Assembly: GCA_937996685.1 (NCBI GenBank)
Contig: CALKUP010000001.1
Location: forward strand, 181,571-245,570
Source of the DNA: an uncultured bacterium
GTDB lineage: Bacteria > Patescibacteriota > Patescibacteriia > UBA9570 > XYC2-FULL-38-9
Reading direction: 5' to 3'
Length of the DNA stretch: 64,000 bases
Shown: positions 20,836 to 30,165 of the stretch, one piece after another
Position numbering within the stretch: the stretch's first letter is position 1
Layout: every line of letters starts with the position of its first letter
Program-made: the position numbers and the translations under genes
The notes under the pieces: generated by a model
What the model was told of the DNA's origin: nothing
Databases searched by the model: none
Seen by the model: only the letters and a program-made list of their open reading frames with translations

Positions 20836-21831
20836 ATGAGTCTTACTCCCAAATCACAACACGACACCGCAGCGATATATGCTATTGATGGCGATTTTCC
20901 AGTTGCACGGTTTATTGCAACAACGCCAGAATCTCGTACTATTTGCAATGATCCATTTGTGCTTGGCGTTGATTATACGGAAAAATTGGAAACAGCCGCA
21001 ACAACCGCACTTGCGCTCTTAAAAGAATCAGGAGAAACAGTCGGTGATGATGAAGAGAAATTGGTTGTGTTAAATATTTTACGCGGTGGGTTGAATTATG
21101 GTCTGCGTAATGCAGTACACCGAGCCTATGGTTGGAATAATCATAGTTCTGCATTTATTTCCTCGCAACGCGCGAAAGATGATAATGGTGATTGGTATAT
21201 TTCGGAAAATCGTTATCAAAAAGTCTACCTTCCGAAAGGCGCACACATTTTGTTTGGTGATGTCGTCGCAACAGGCGTGAGCTTGGAGCATGCTGTTTTG
21301 CGAATTATTGATATTGCAAAAGAACAAGGTGGAAGTATTTCAGGAATGACTTTTTTTACCATTGGTGGCGATCGTTCAGAAGAGATTATGAAAAAAATTG
21401 ACGCAACGTGTCGCGAAGCATTTCCTGATTACACCGGCAGTCGTGTCATTTATTTTGAAGGTGTCTTTGGTGTTGCGACGACTGAAACGCCAATGCGTGT
21501 TGCGCTTGATGGAACAGATTTACTGCACTCACCGGCTTTGATGGCGCCAGAATTTATTGCGTCATCAGCCGAGGCATTATCATTTCCGATCGAGCGGTGC
21601 ACTATTTATGATGCTGGTTCACGTGCGTTTCATATTGCTGAGTACCTTGAAGATGTACATGAATATTGGAGCCAGGTGCTTCAATTTGCGCAAAACGGAG
21701 TAACATATAGCGAATACTTGAAAGAGCGGTTTCCAGAAAGTCCGCAATTACAAGACGCAGCGTTTGTTGAGACGCATAATACTACTGCGATTTTAGAAGA
21801 GGTCGCGACACAGCAGCTCGCCAAAAAATAA
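20836..21831 (+). CDS. phosphoribosyltransferase-domain protein (UPRT-like core) with an approximately 110-aa extra C-terminal domain
   Basis: ILRGGL and LFGDVVATGVSL resemble the uracil PRTase ILRAGL and DPMLATGGS motifs. The start was chosen at the internal ATG (MSLTPKSQ) because the upstream part of the ORF-track frame looks like intergenic read-through. Confidence 0.5.
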   Translation: MSLTPKSQHDTAAIYAIDGDFPVARFIATTPESRTICNDPFVLGVDYTEKLETAATTALALLKESGETVGDDEEKLVVLNILRGGLNYGLRNAVHRAYGWNNHSSAFISSQRAKDDNGDWYISENRYQKVYLPKGAHILFGDVVATGVSLEHAVLRIIDIAKEQGGSISGMTFFTIGGDRSEEIMKKIDATCREAFPDYTGSRVIYFEGVFGVATTETPMRVALDGTDLLHSPALMAPEFIASSAEALSFPIERCTIYDAGSRAFHIAEYLEDVHEYWSQVLQFAQNGVTYSEYLKERFPESPQLQDAAFVETHNTTAILEEVATQQLAKK

Positions 21832-21927
21832 TAGATTGTATACCATATACCCATGTTGTGAGATTTCAGCCAGATTTGATCCAAACACAGTTATTGATTG
21901 CGACTCTTTATTTTTAATACTCACACT

Positions 21928-23187
21928 ATGTTTAATTATCCTCATATTACCAAAAACGACCCACTGATTGCTGATGCGTTAAAAAATGAATTGCAACGCG
22001 AACAAGATGGTCTCGAAATGATTCCATCAGAAAATTTCGTGTCTTTACCTGTGCTTGAAGCGCTGGGTTCAGTGGCAACAAATAAATATGCTGAAGGGTA
22101 TCCAGGCAAGCGCTATTATGGCGGCTGCGAATATATTGACATTATCGAACAAGCGGCGATTGATCGCGCAAAAGAATTGTTCGGTGCCGAGCACGTGAAT
22201 GTACAACCACTCTCTGGAGCGCCGATGAATATCGCTGTCTATAGTGCGCTGCTTGAGCCGGGTGATACGATTCTTGGCATGGACTTAGGTCACGGTGGTC
22301 ATTTAACACACGGACATCCAGTGACATTTATGTCAAAGGTGTTCAATTTTGTGCGTTATAACTGTGATCCAGAAACTGGTGACATTGATTATGAGCAGGT
22401 ACGCAGACTCGCGCTTGAACACAAACCAAAATTGGTGCTCTGTGGATTTTCGTCATATACCAAGCAACTTGATTATCAAAAATTTGCCGATATTGCGAAA
22501 GAAGTTGGCGCGTATTCGATGATGGATATGGCGCATATTTCAGGGCTCGTTGCGGCAGGTGTATCGCCAAATCCTGTGCCAGTGATGGACGTTGTGACAA
22601 CGACAACGCATAAATCGTTGCGTGGACCACGCGGTGGAATGATTCTTTGTAAAGAAGAGCTCGGGAAAAAAATTGATAAAGCGGTGTTTCCAGGTTTGCA
22701 AGGCGGACCACATGAAAATCAAATTGCTGCACTCGCGATTGCGCTTAAAGAAGCGCTGTCACCAGAATTTAAAGAATATGGCAAACAAGTAATGGCAAAT
22801 GCAAAAGCGCTGTACACAGTATTTGCAGACGCAGGCATTCGCGTTGTGTTTGGTGGAACGGAAAATCATATGTTGGTGTTAGACCTCTCGCCAATTGGGG
22901 TTGCTGGAAAAGATGCTGAAGCAGCACTGGACCATGTCGGCATTACCGTGAATAAACAGATGATTCCAAATGAGCCACGCTCAGCCTTCGATCCATCAGG
23001 TATTCGGCTCGGAACTCCTGCGCTGACAACTCGTGGGATGAAAGAATCAGAAATGACTCGCATTGCGCAGACAATCGTTGATGTGCTTAAGAACATTGAT
23101 GACACGACTGTTCAAGACGCAGCCCGCGCGACAGTCAAAGAATTAACGAAAAACTTCCCGCTGTATGGCTCTGTGGAAACGCGATAA
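21928..23187 (+). CDS. glyA: serine hydroxymethyltransferase
   Basis: SHMT PLP region (TTTTHKSLRGPRGG); start set at MFNYPHI after a TAATACT box. Confidence 0.9.
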   Translation: MFNYPHITKNDPLIADALKNELQREQDGLEMIPSENFVSLPVLEALGSVATNKYAEGYPGKRYYGGCEYIDIIEQAAIDRAKELFGAEHVNVQPLSGAPMNIAVYSALLEPGDTILGMDLGHGGHLTHGHPVTFMSKVFNFVRYNCDPETGDIDYEQVRRLALEHKPKLVLCGFSSYTKQLDYQKFADIAKEVGAYSMMDMAHISGLVAAGVSPNPVPVMDVVTTTTHKSLRGPRGGMILCKEELGKKIDKAVFPGLQGGPHENQIAALAIALKEALSPEFKEYGKQVMANAKALYTVFADAGIRVVFGGTENHMLVLDLSPIGVAGKDAEAALDHVGITVNKQMIPNEPRSAFDPSGIRLGTPALTTRGMKESEMTRIAQTIVDVLKNIDDTTVQDAARATVKELTKNFPLYGSVETR

Positions 23188-23200
23188 ACAAACCGGCCCC

Positions 23201-24076
23201 ATGATCGGGCCCATTGGGTCACAAGTGCGAGAAGAGCATCGTGTTGATTATGGCGCAACGTTGTTGGACGGCGCTGCGATGGCAGACAAATTGCGTGCAA
23301 GTCTCGCACGAAAAATCGCTGACAGCAAAACGCGTCCCGGGCTCGCGGTCATTCTAGTTGGAGAAGATCCTGCGTCTCAACTCTATGTTGATTTTAAATT
23401 GAATGCGTCAAAACAAGTCGGGATGTATTTGAAAATGATTGCGTTGCCAGAAGACGTCTCGCAAGAAAAGTTGTTAAAAGTCATTCGGAAGTTGAATAAG
23501 AAAAAAAAGATTCATGGGATTTTAGTGCAGTTGCCATTGCCAAAGCATTTGAATGAATTTGCGGTGATGCAAGCGGTCGCGCCAGAAAAAGATGTTGATG
23601 GATTTAATCCAGTGAATATCGGTTGGCTCAGTATCGGTGATCCAGAATTTGTCCCAGCGACAACGCGGGGAATCGCGCGCTTGCTCGCAGCTACAAAAGT
23701 GGATCTCGCAGGGAAGCATGCCGTTGTGGTTGGAACGAGTAATATTGTCGGCAAACCAACGGCGCAATGGCTCTTAAATGAAGGGGCGACTGTCACACTG
23801 TGTAATTCCAAAACAGAGAATTTGGCGTTTCACACGCGTCAGGCAGATGTGCTCGTGACAGCGACCGGTGTTCCTGATCTTATTGATGGTGACATGGTGA
23901 AAACCGGCGCGATCGTGATTGATGCGGGCATTGCAAAAAAAGATGATGTGGTTGTGGGGGATTGTGTATTTGAAGAAGTTGCCAAAAAAGCGAGTTTCAT
24001 TACGCCGGTTCCTGGCGGTGTTGGCCCAATGACTGTCGCGGCATTATTGGAAAATACCTACCTCGCAGCAGAGTAA
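23201..24076 (+). CDS. folD: bifunctional methylenetetrahydrofolate dehydrogenase / methenyl-THF cyclohydrolase
   Basis: N-terminal LLDG...A.K.R, YV.FK, and GRSNIVGKP-type Rossmann motifs; the start codon is uncertain (23165-23201). Confidence 0.85.
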   Translation: MIGPIGSQVREEHRVDYGATLLDGAAMADKLRASLARKIADSKTRPGLAVILVGEDPASQLYVDFKLNASKQVGMYLKMIALPEDVSQEKLLKVIRKLNKKKKIHGILVQLPLPKHLNEFAVMQAVAPEKDVDGFNPVNIGWLSIGDPEFVPATTRGIARLLAATKVDLAGKHAVVVGTSNIVGKPTAQWLLNEGATVTLCNSKTENLAFHTRQADVLVTATGVPDLIDGDMVKTGAIVIDAGIAKKDDVVVGDCVFEEVAKKASFITPVPGGVGPMTVAALLENTYLAAE

Positions 24077-24117
24077 TACGCAGCCATCAAAAAAACACCG
24101 GGAGTTACCGGTGTTTT

Positions 24118-25053
24118 TTATTGCCAATCTTGAAGCGCCTTCGCAAACAACGGGATGACGGAAATTGTTTTGAAGAGTGGGAGTTCTTGTTCAGGTGAAC
24201 GAGCGATCGAGTCAGTTAAGATGAATTCAGTAATTGGCGCGACTGCAAGTCGTTCAATCGCAGGTCCCGACAACACACCGTGTGTACAAGCGACGAAAAT
24301 ATTATTTGCACCTTGTTGTTTCATGATGTCTACAACCCCGACGAGCGTCCCGGCAGTATTCACTTCATCGTCAATAATTAAAATGTTTTTATCAGCAACA
24401 TCTGCAATCAGCTCATCAAAAAACGCGTGATCTTTTTGGTCAACATACCGACGTTTTTTCGCGATAATCATTGGAATGCCTAAGGCTTGTGCATATTCTG
24501 CAGATCCTGGAACCGACCCTTTGTCAGGGGCTAAAATAACAAGGTTTCCATCATTGTGATTTTTAAAGTACTCAACAAATAATGAAGAGGCGGATAGCTC
24601 AACGCACTCAATGCCAACTTCTGTAAAAAATTTACTACTACGATGTTTATGAAGGTCGAGTACCATGACACGATCAATACCGACTGCTTTCATGAGTTGA
24701 GCAATGACAGAAAATGATAACACTTCACCGTGTGTAGTGATTTTTTCTTGTCGTCGATAACCAAAAAATGGCATAACAGCGGTAATGCGTTTTGCTCCGT
24801 GGTCGCGAGCAGCGCCAGCAATAAATAATAATTCCATTAAGTGGTCATTTGCAGGAGCGGAAGTTGGTTGAACGATATACACATCTCGACCAGTAACGTC
24901 TTCTTGAATAACTGTATGAACCTCGCTGTCAGAAAATGTTGATACTTCAACAGGGATGTGCTGCCAGGAAAGTGTGGATGCTAATGTTTCCGCAAATTCC
25001 GGATGAGATCGACCGTGAAGAATAACTGGTTGATTGTTCTTGATCTCTGACAT
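24118..25053 (-). CDS. prs: ribose-phosphate pyrophosphokinase
   Basis: PRPP synthetase signature region (DLHKHRS, IIDDEVNTAGTL); 311 aa. Confidence 0.9.
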   Translation of the reverse strand: MSEIKNNQPVILHGRSHPEFAETLASTLSWQHIPVEVSTFSDSEVHTVIQEDVTGRDVYIVQPTSAPANDHLMELLFIAGAARDHGAKRITAVMPFFGYRRQEKITTHGEVLSFSVIAQLMKAVGIDRVMVLDLHKHRSSKFFTEVGIECVELSASSLFVEYFKNHNDGNLVILAPDKGSVPGSAEYAQALGIPMIIAKKRRYVDQKDHAFFDELIADVADKNILIIDDEVNTAGTLVGVVDIMKQQGANNIFVACTHGVLSGPAIERLAVAPITEFILTDSIARSPEQELPLFKTISVIPLFAKALQDWQ

Positions 25054-25151
25054 ATTGGAATGAAGTATAGCAAAAATAAACGATTTTGTCCAGTTGTGTT
25101 TTCTGCTTTGTTTTGTATACTCAATGAAATTGATTATTCCATACGAGATCC

Positions 25152-26696
25152 ATGAAACAGACTCAAGCTACAAAAATCACAAAAGGACTCCGCCGCATTC
25201 CAGCGGTGATGGCAACGCAACATCCGGATAACGCAAATGCACCATATTGGGAAGTGGACGGAGATGGGTTTATTAGCGCACAAGAAGAAGTGCGTGAAGC
25301 GTTTTCTGCCTATAGTGATCTCGGCGTTGATGAGTATATGTGGGATTGGGAAGGAAAATATGTTGATGAAGCGGTGGTTGAGCGACTGTTTTCTGAATAC
25401 ACGGAATTTTTTCAACAGCATGTGTTGGGGCGTGATCGATTTTTGACATTCCGTATTCCAAACATTTGGGAAGAAAAAGGATATTCGCTGGCGCGCGCAT
25501 TTATGGGAATGCTGACCGCCGCGGACATGGCCCATGATTTGAAGATGCCGGCATATCCGTTATTTGAAGTGATTTTGCCGATGACAAAAAATCCAGAGCA
25601 GTTAATGTATTTGCATGATACGTTTCAAAAGCTCGCGAAAGTGAAGCACGAGCTTTTTGCTGGAGACACAGCTGATTTTGACCATATTGAAATGATCCCG
25701 CTAACAGAAAGTGTTCCGGAAATGTTGAATATCCGCGGGTTTTTAGAATCATATGAGCAGTCATATAAAAAAGCGTTTAAAAAACAATTGCGTTATTTGC
25801 GGCCATTTATTGCACGCTCAGATCCAGCGCTTGTTTCAGGAATGCTCGCTGCGGTGATTGGCAATAAAGTGGCGCTTTCTGAAATGGCGCGTTGGTCAAA
25901 AAAATCTGGCGTGCCAATCTATCCAATTATTGGAGCGGGGAGCTTGCCGTTTCGAGGAGGGCTGTCGCCGGAGTATATCGATCAATTTATTAATGAATAC
26001 CAAGGGGTTCGAACTGTGACAATCCAGTCCGCGTTTCGATATGACTATCCATTAAAAACAGTGCGTCGCGCGTTGAAAAAATTACAACAAGAATTACCAA
26101 GCAGTACTCCTCGACTGATTGATGAAGCATCGCTCGCGGTGTTGGGAGTCATTGCCGAGCGGAGTGCGAAATTGTATCGCAAGACAATTGCGGGTATCGC
26201 AGATGATGTGTTGTCACTTTCCAAACATGTTCCGCGAAGACGTGAGCGCAAACTCCATATTGGATTATTAAAATACGGCCGGTCTGTTGCTGGAAAAGAA
26301 TTTCCACGAGCAATTACATTTACAGCGACGCTCTATAGCTTGGGAGTTCCGCCGGAATTGATTGCCGCGGGCCGCACAATTGCAATGTTGTCTGATGCAG
26401 AAAAAGCGGTGTTTGAAAAAACATATATCCATTTTAAAGATGACATGATTCGAGCGGGTCGTTATTTGAATACAGAAAATGTGTTACGGTTGTCCGCGGA
26501 AAATGCTGTGTGGGAACAGATACATGCGGATATTGTTGCGCTTGAAGCCTATCTTGGCGTGACTTTAGGGCCAAAAACAACGACAGAATTACTGCATCGG
26601 AACGCGACATCGGATGTGTATTTACTGATGCAGAAAAATCTACCCATTGCTGACGTATTGCTGCGCGCTGCCACTTTGCGACAATCTCTCGGGTAA
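25152..26696 (+). CDS. phosphoenolpyruvate carboxylase, archaeal-type (PpcA family)
   Basis: About 514 aa, N-terminal IPAVMATQHPDNA signature of archaeal-type PEPC. Confidence 0.75.
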   Translation: MKQTQATKITKGLRRIPAVMATQHPDNANAPYWEVDGDGFISAQEEVREAFSAYSDLGVDEYMWDWEGKYVDEAVVERLFSEYTEFFQQHVLGRDRFLTFRIPNIWEEKGYSLARAFMGMLTAADMAHDLKMPAYPLFEVILPMTKNPEQLMYLHDTFQKLAKVKHELFAGDTADFDHIEMIPLTESVPEMLNIRGFLESYEQSYKKAFKKQLRYLRPFIARSDPALVSGMLAAVIGNKVALSEMARWSKKSGVPIYPIIGAGSLPFRGGLSPEYIDQFINEYQGVRTVTIQSAFRYDYPLKTVRRALKKLQQELPSSTPRLIDEASLAVLGVIAERSAKLYRKTIAGIADDVLSLSKHVPRRRERKLHIGLLKYGRSVAGKEFPRAITFTATLYSLGVPPELIAAGRTIAMLSDAEKAVFEKTYIHFKDDMIRAGRYLNTENVLRLSAENAVWEQIHADIVALEAYLGVTLGPKTTTELLHRNATSDVYLLMQKNLPIADVLLRAATLRQSLG

Positions 26697-26764
26697 AGAA
26701 TTTTGACAGAATACACATTCATACGTAGTCTGCACTGACAACGATTAGATTCCCATGGAGGCGG

Positions 26765-27028
26765 GTGGTGGAAAACCATTATTATCAGGTGATTGATCGT
26801 AATCATCCTGACGGGGTGTTGGCCCTTGCGGCGTTTCTGGGCTGGATGGTGCTCGAGGCGGCGATCCACAAGACGGTTGTCGTCCAGAATCTCAAAGGAC
26901 CTGAAAGCTTCTTGTTTCTTCTTGAGATCGACCCTTCCAAACAGCCTCAGATTGAGGGCCTGGTATCGGTCAATCGCTTCGGCTGTCTCTACGCAACCAA
27001 CGGGCTTCCAGAAAAGCTTTTTGGTTGA
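26765..27028 (+). CDS. possible small hypothetical protein (GTG start, GGAGG upstream) in an intermediate-GC patch
   Basis: 87-aa ORF with an SD-like GGAGGCGGG 6 nt upstream; overlaps a longer antisense ORF; weak support. Confidence 0.2.
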   Translation: MVENHYYQVIDRNHPDGVLALAAFLGWMVLEAAIHKTVVVQNLKGPESFLFLLEIDPSKQPQIEGLVSVNRFGCLYATNGLPEKLFG

Positions 27029-27155
27029 TGCGAGAGTGTCTGCCGCTGCGCTCGCCACGTCATCGACTTTATTGTTCGATGCTGTGGCCGTTATTCTGTG
27101 TGAAAAAGTCATTTTTCTTGCAGAATAGCGAAAGATACAGTATAGTCTCTCTGAT

Positions 27156-28223
27156 ATGGCATTACAAATCGGCATCGTCGGCCTGCCAAACGTCGGCAAA
27201 TCAACCCTTTTTCAAGCGCTCACCAAAACAGCGGTGCCAGCGGAGAATTTTCCGTTTTGCACAATTGACCCGAATGTTGGTGTTGTTGCTGTGCCAGACG
27301 AGCGATTGGCGCAATTGTCACCACTCGTTAAAACAGATGTTGTTGTTCCGACGACAATTGAATTTGTTGATATTGCCGGATTGGTTGCTGGCGCGCATAA
27401 AGGCGAAGGATTGGGAAATCAGTTTTTGTCACATATCCGTGAAGTGGATGCGATTGCTGAAGTGATTCGTGTCTTTGATGATCCGAATGTGATTCATGTG
27501 GCTGGAAAAGTGGACCCAACAAATGACATGGAGACAATTCATTTGGAGCTTATGATGGCGGACATGCAAGTGCTTGAAAAGCTCATGGCGAATAATGAAA
27601 AGAAAGCGCGTGGTGGTGATAAAACAGCGATTGAAGAGCTTGATGTGATGAAATTATTGTGGGCTGCGCTTGAAAATAGTGAACTGGCAAATACTGTTGA
27701 GCTTACTGAGCGTCAAGAAGAGATCGCTCGAACCTTTCAATTACTGACAAAAAAACCGTTTTTGTTTATTGCAAATATTGAAGAAGGCGGAACAGTTGAT
27801 CAAATTCCTGCTGATATTCAAGCGCTTGAACCAGTGCTTATTTCAGCACGGATTGAAGCAGAGCTCGCGCAACTCGATGATGCGGATCGTGATGAATTAA
27901 TGGAAGGTTATGGGATGACAGAAACAGGTCTGACAAAACTGATTCGACGTGGATATGAAACGTTGCGGCTCAGTACCTATTTCACTGCTGGTGAAAAAGA
28001 AGTGCACGCATGGACGATCACAACCGGTGATACAGCGCCAGTGGCTGCTGGAAAAATTCATTCAGATTTCGAAGAAAAATTCATCCGCGCTGAAGTGGTT
28101 GGATATCAAGATTTTATTGAGAACGGTGGTTGGGTTGGCAGTCGCGATAACGGAAAAGTACGAATGGAAGGCAAAGACTACATCGTGCAAGACGGTGACG
28201 TGATGGTCTTTCACCATTCATAA
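27156..28223 (+). CDS. ychF: ribosome-binding ATPase YchF (Obg-family GTPase fold)
   Basis: GIVGLPNVGKST P-loop and a TGS-like C-terminal domain; 355 aa. Confidence 0.9.
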   Translation: MALQIGIVGLPNVGKSTLFQALTKTAVPAENFPFCTIDPNVGVVAVPDERLAQLSPLVKTDVVVPTTIEFVDIAGLVAGAHKGEGLGNQFLSHIREVDAIAEVIRVFDDPNVIHVAGKVDPTNDMETIHLELMMADMQVLEKLMANNEKKARGGDKTAIEELDVMKLLWAALENSELANTVELTERQEEIARTFQLLTKKPFLFIANIEEGGTVDQIPADIQALEPVLISARIEAELAQLDDADRDELMEGYGMTETGLTKLIRRGYETLRLSTYFTAGEKEVHAWTITTGDTAPVAAGKIHSDFEEKFIRAEVVGYQDFIENGGWVGSRDNGKVRMEGKDYIVQDGDVMVFHHS

Positions 28224-28262
28224 AAAATATACTCGTATTTTGTGTCTTGAAACTTGAAACGA

Positions 28263-28293
28263 ACGCCGTCAAAACCGGCGTTTTTGTTTTTTT
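28263..28293 (+). terminator. rho-independent terminator (ACGCCG...CGGCGT followed by a T-run)
   Basis: 6-bp stem, 7-nt loop, TTTTTGTTTTTTT tract; 40 nt after ychF. Confidence 0.65.
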
Positions 28294-28508
28294 GGATATC
28301 TAATATTAGCACCAAAAACGACTTGTCCCCAGACGGCGCAAATCTGCCATATACAGAATCAATGCAGGTTTTTTATAATTACTGTCATTGGGATTTTGTA
28401 CGATTAAGAAATCCGTGGAAATCAAGTTGGAATTTAGATCTAGGAAGACCAAGTGTAAGTTATTAGCAAATGATTAAAGCTCAATGCAATCCAAGGTAAT
28501 AAAAAAAT

Positions 28509-28889
28509 ATGCAAAAAACGATTCTAGGAATAAAGGTGATTGCCCCCCTTGTACTCATTGCTGGCTTGTGTTTCTTGAAGCGGACTGTGGATGAGTTGGT
28601 TGCGGTGGGTTTGTACGCTGATGAGAACGGAACAGGTGGCTACACAACAATAAGTCAAATGCTTGGGCTTGGTGTCAGTAGTTTGTTTATTATCCTGTCA
28701 TTATGGGTGTGTATGTTGGTTTTTTTTAGAAAAAAACCAATTATGTCCCTTGGTTTATTTATAAGAGAAGAAAAAACAGAAATAATTCAATCACTTGGGA
28801 TCGCTGTACTAACGTTCGTTGTCTATTGCGTATACCCTATTGTTGGTGTGTGTATGTTAGTTTTATTTTTTTTCGCATGGAAAAAATGA
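28509..28889 (+). CDS. hypothetical small membrane protein (3-4 TM helices)
   Basis: Hydrophobic segments; 126 aa. Confidence 0.35.
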   Translation: MQKTILGIKVIAPLVLIAGLCFLKRTVDELVAVGLYADENGTGGYTTISQMLGLGVSSLFIILSLWVCMLVFFRKKPIMSLGLFIREEKTEIIQSLGIAVLTFVVYCVYPIVGVCMLVLFFFAWKK

Positions 28890-28923
28890 CTGAAAATATA
28901 TAAGCAAAGATATGCAGTTTTCG

Positions 28924-30108
28924 TTACCGTTTTTCTAACACAAGAATTTCACGTCCAACAATAGACTGCGGTCTGCGATAATAATATTGCGCAACGAGTT
29001 TTAAGCCTGCGCCTCGAACCAGTGATTCGATTGGCAGGTGGAGGTCATCTGATTTGCTGAAATGCCAAAAGGGAAGTGCGGCGACAATTGTGCCGTCTTG
29101 GCTGATGCTTTTTTGCAAAATACTGAATGTGTCACGATATAGTTGTTGTAATTCAGTAATCTGACGCGTTGCAGAAGCTTTGGCTGGCGTGGTTTTTCCG
29201 AGGTAGCCTTCAAATACAATGGCATCCATCGCTCCTTCAGTAACAATTTTCTTTTTCAAAATATCCCGCACATCAGAATGCATAATCGTTGCGCGTGCGA
29301 CAATAGGACTGTCTGCCTTTGCGAGTGATTCATAAAACCACGCCATATTTTCTTTCGTGTCTTCAATGGCTTTGTCGCTAATATCAGATCCGATAATTCG
29401 AGTTGCTCCGAGTAGTAGTGCTTCTTGTAAGACAGTTCCAGAGCCACAAAATGGATCAATGACGGAAACACCAGATTGCACGCCAGCGAGATTGAGCATC
29501 ATGCGAGCAAGCTTTGGTGGAAGCATTCCAGATTTATCATCCCGTGCTGGTCGTCCGTAGTCTCGTTTGCTCCAGGCTTGAAACGGTTGCACAGCGAGTG
29601 TCGCACCAAATGTCAGTTCGTGCTTGCCTTTCAAGATGACGATTTCAACACCATTTTTCAACAAGCGTTCTTTGTGCACAATAACAGAAGAGAGTGCAAC
29701 GTCGTGACTTGATACAAAGCGACAGGAAATGTTGTCGTCGCGCAATGTTTTTTTCAATGCAATGCCGAGGTTTTGCAATGTCTTGAGCGATTGCTTGACT
29801 GACACGCCAGCTTCACGAGCATACAAGGAAAAGCCAAAATGGAACTTTGAACTTTCATCAACGCGTGAAAATAAATACTCCGTGACAGTTTCTTCATCAA
29901 ATGCTCCGAGCATCTGAACGATTTTAATCGTCCCGCCGAGTAGGGTAATGAGGTGTGGTGCGTCAACAGCGTCTTGAGTAGTGAGGAGTCCAATGTTTTG
30001 TTCAAGTGTGAGCGAGTGTGCGCGGATGGACTGGGAGCGCAAAACGCGTTCGAGTTCGCCGAATGATAGTTTTGGGTGCGACCCGAAGATAAAGGCATAC
30101 GTATTCAT
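28924..30108 (-). CDS. THUMP-domain RNA methyltransferase (Trm14/TrmN/RlmL-like N2-guanine or N6-adenine methyltransferase)
   Basis: DPFCGSGTVLQEA SAM-binding motif and an N-terminal THUMP-like region; 394 aa. Confidence 0.65.
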   Translation of the reverse strand: MNTYAFIFGSHPKLSFGELERVLRSQSIRAHSLTLEQNIGLLTTQDAVDAPHLITLLGGTIKIVQMLGAFDEETVTEYLFSRVDESSKFHFGFSLYAREAGVSVKQSLKTLQNLGIALKKTLRDDNISCRFVSSHDVALSSVIVHKERLLKNGVEIVILKGKHELTFGATLAVQPFQAWSKRDYGRPARDDKSGMLPPKLARMMLNLAGVQSGVSVIDPFCGSGTVLQEALLLGATRIIGSDISDKAIEDTKENMAWFYESLAKADSPIVARATIMHSDVRDILKKKIVTEGAMDAIVFEGYLGKTTPAKASATRQITELQQLYRDTFSILQKSISQDGTIVAALPFWHFSKSDDLHLPIESLVRGAGLKLVAQYYYRRPQSIVGREILVLEKR

Positions 30109-30165
30109 ATGAATACCCTACAGGAACATTCCATTTTCTACAATCTATGATATACTTCTTTTCAT

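Noticed and set aside
25124-25154. Upstream ATG just after a TATACT box as an alternative ppc start
   Set aside because: The ATG at 25124 is out of frame with the PEPC reading frame (offset 28 nt). The conserved MATQHPDNA block is in the 25152 frame.
26549-27199. 216-aa minus-strand ORF spanning the ppc-ychF intergenic region
   Set aside because: It overlaps the 3' end of ppc and the start of ychF and has no start context; likely spurious. The small plus-strand ORF 26765-27028 is kept only at low confidence.
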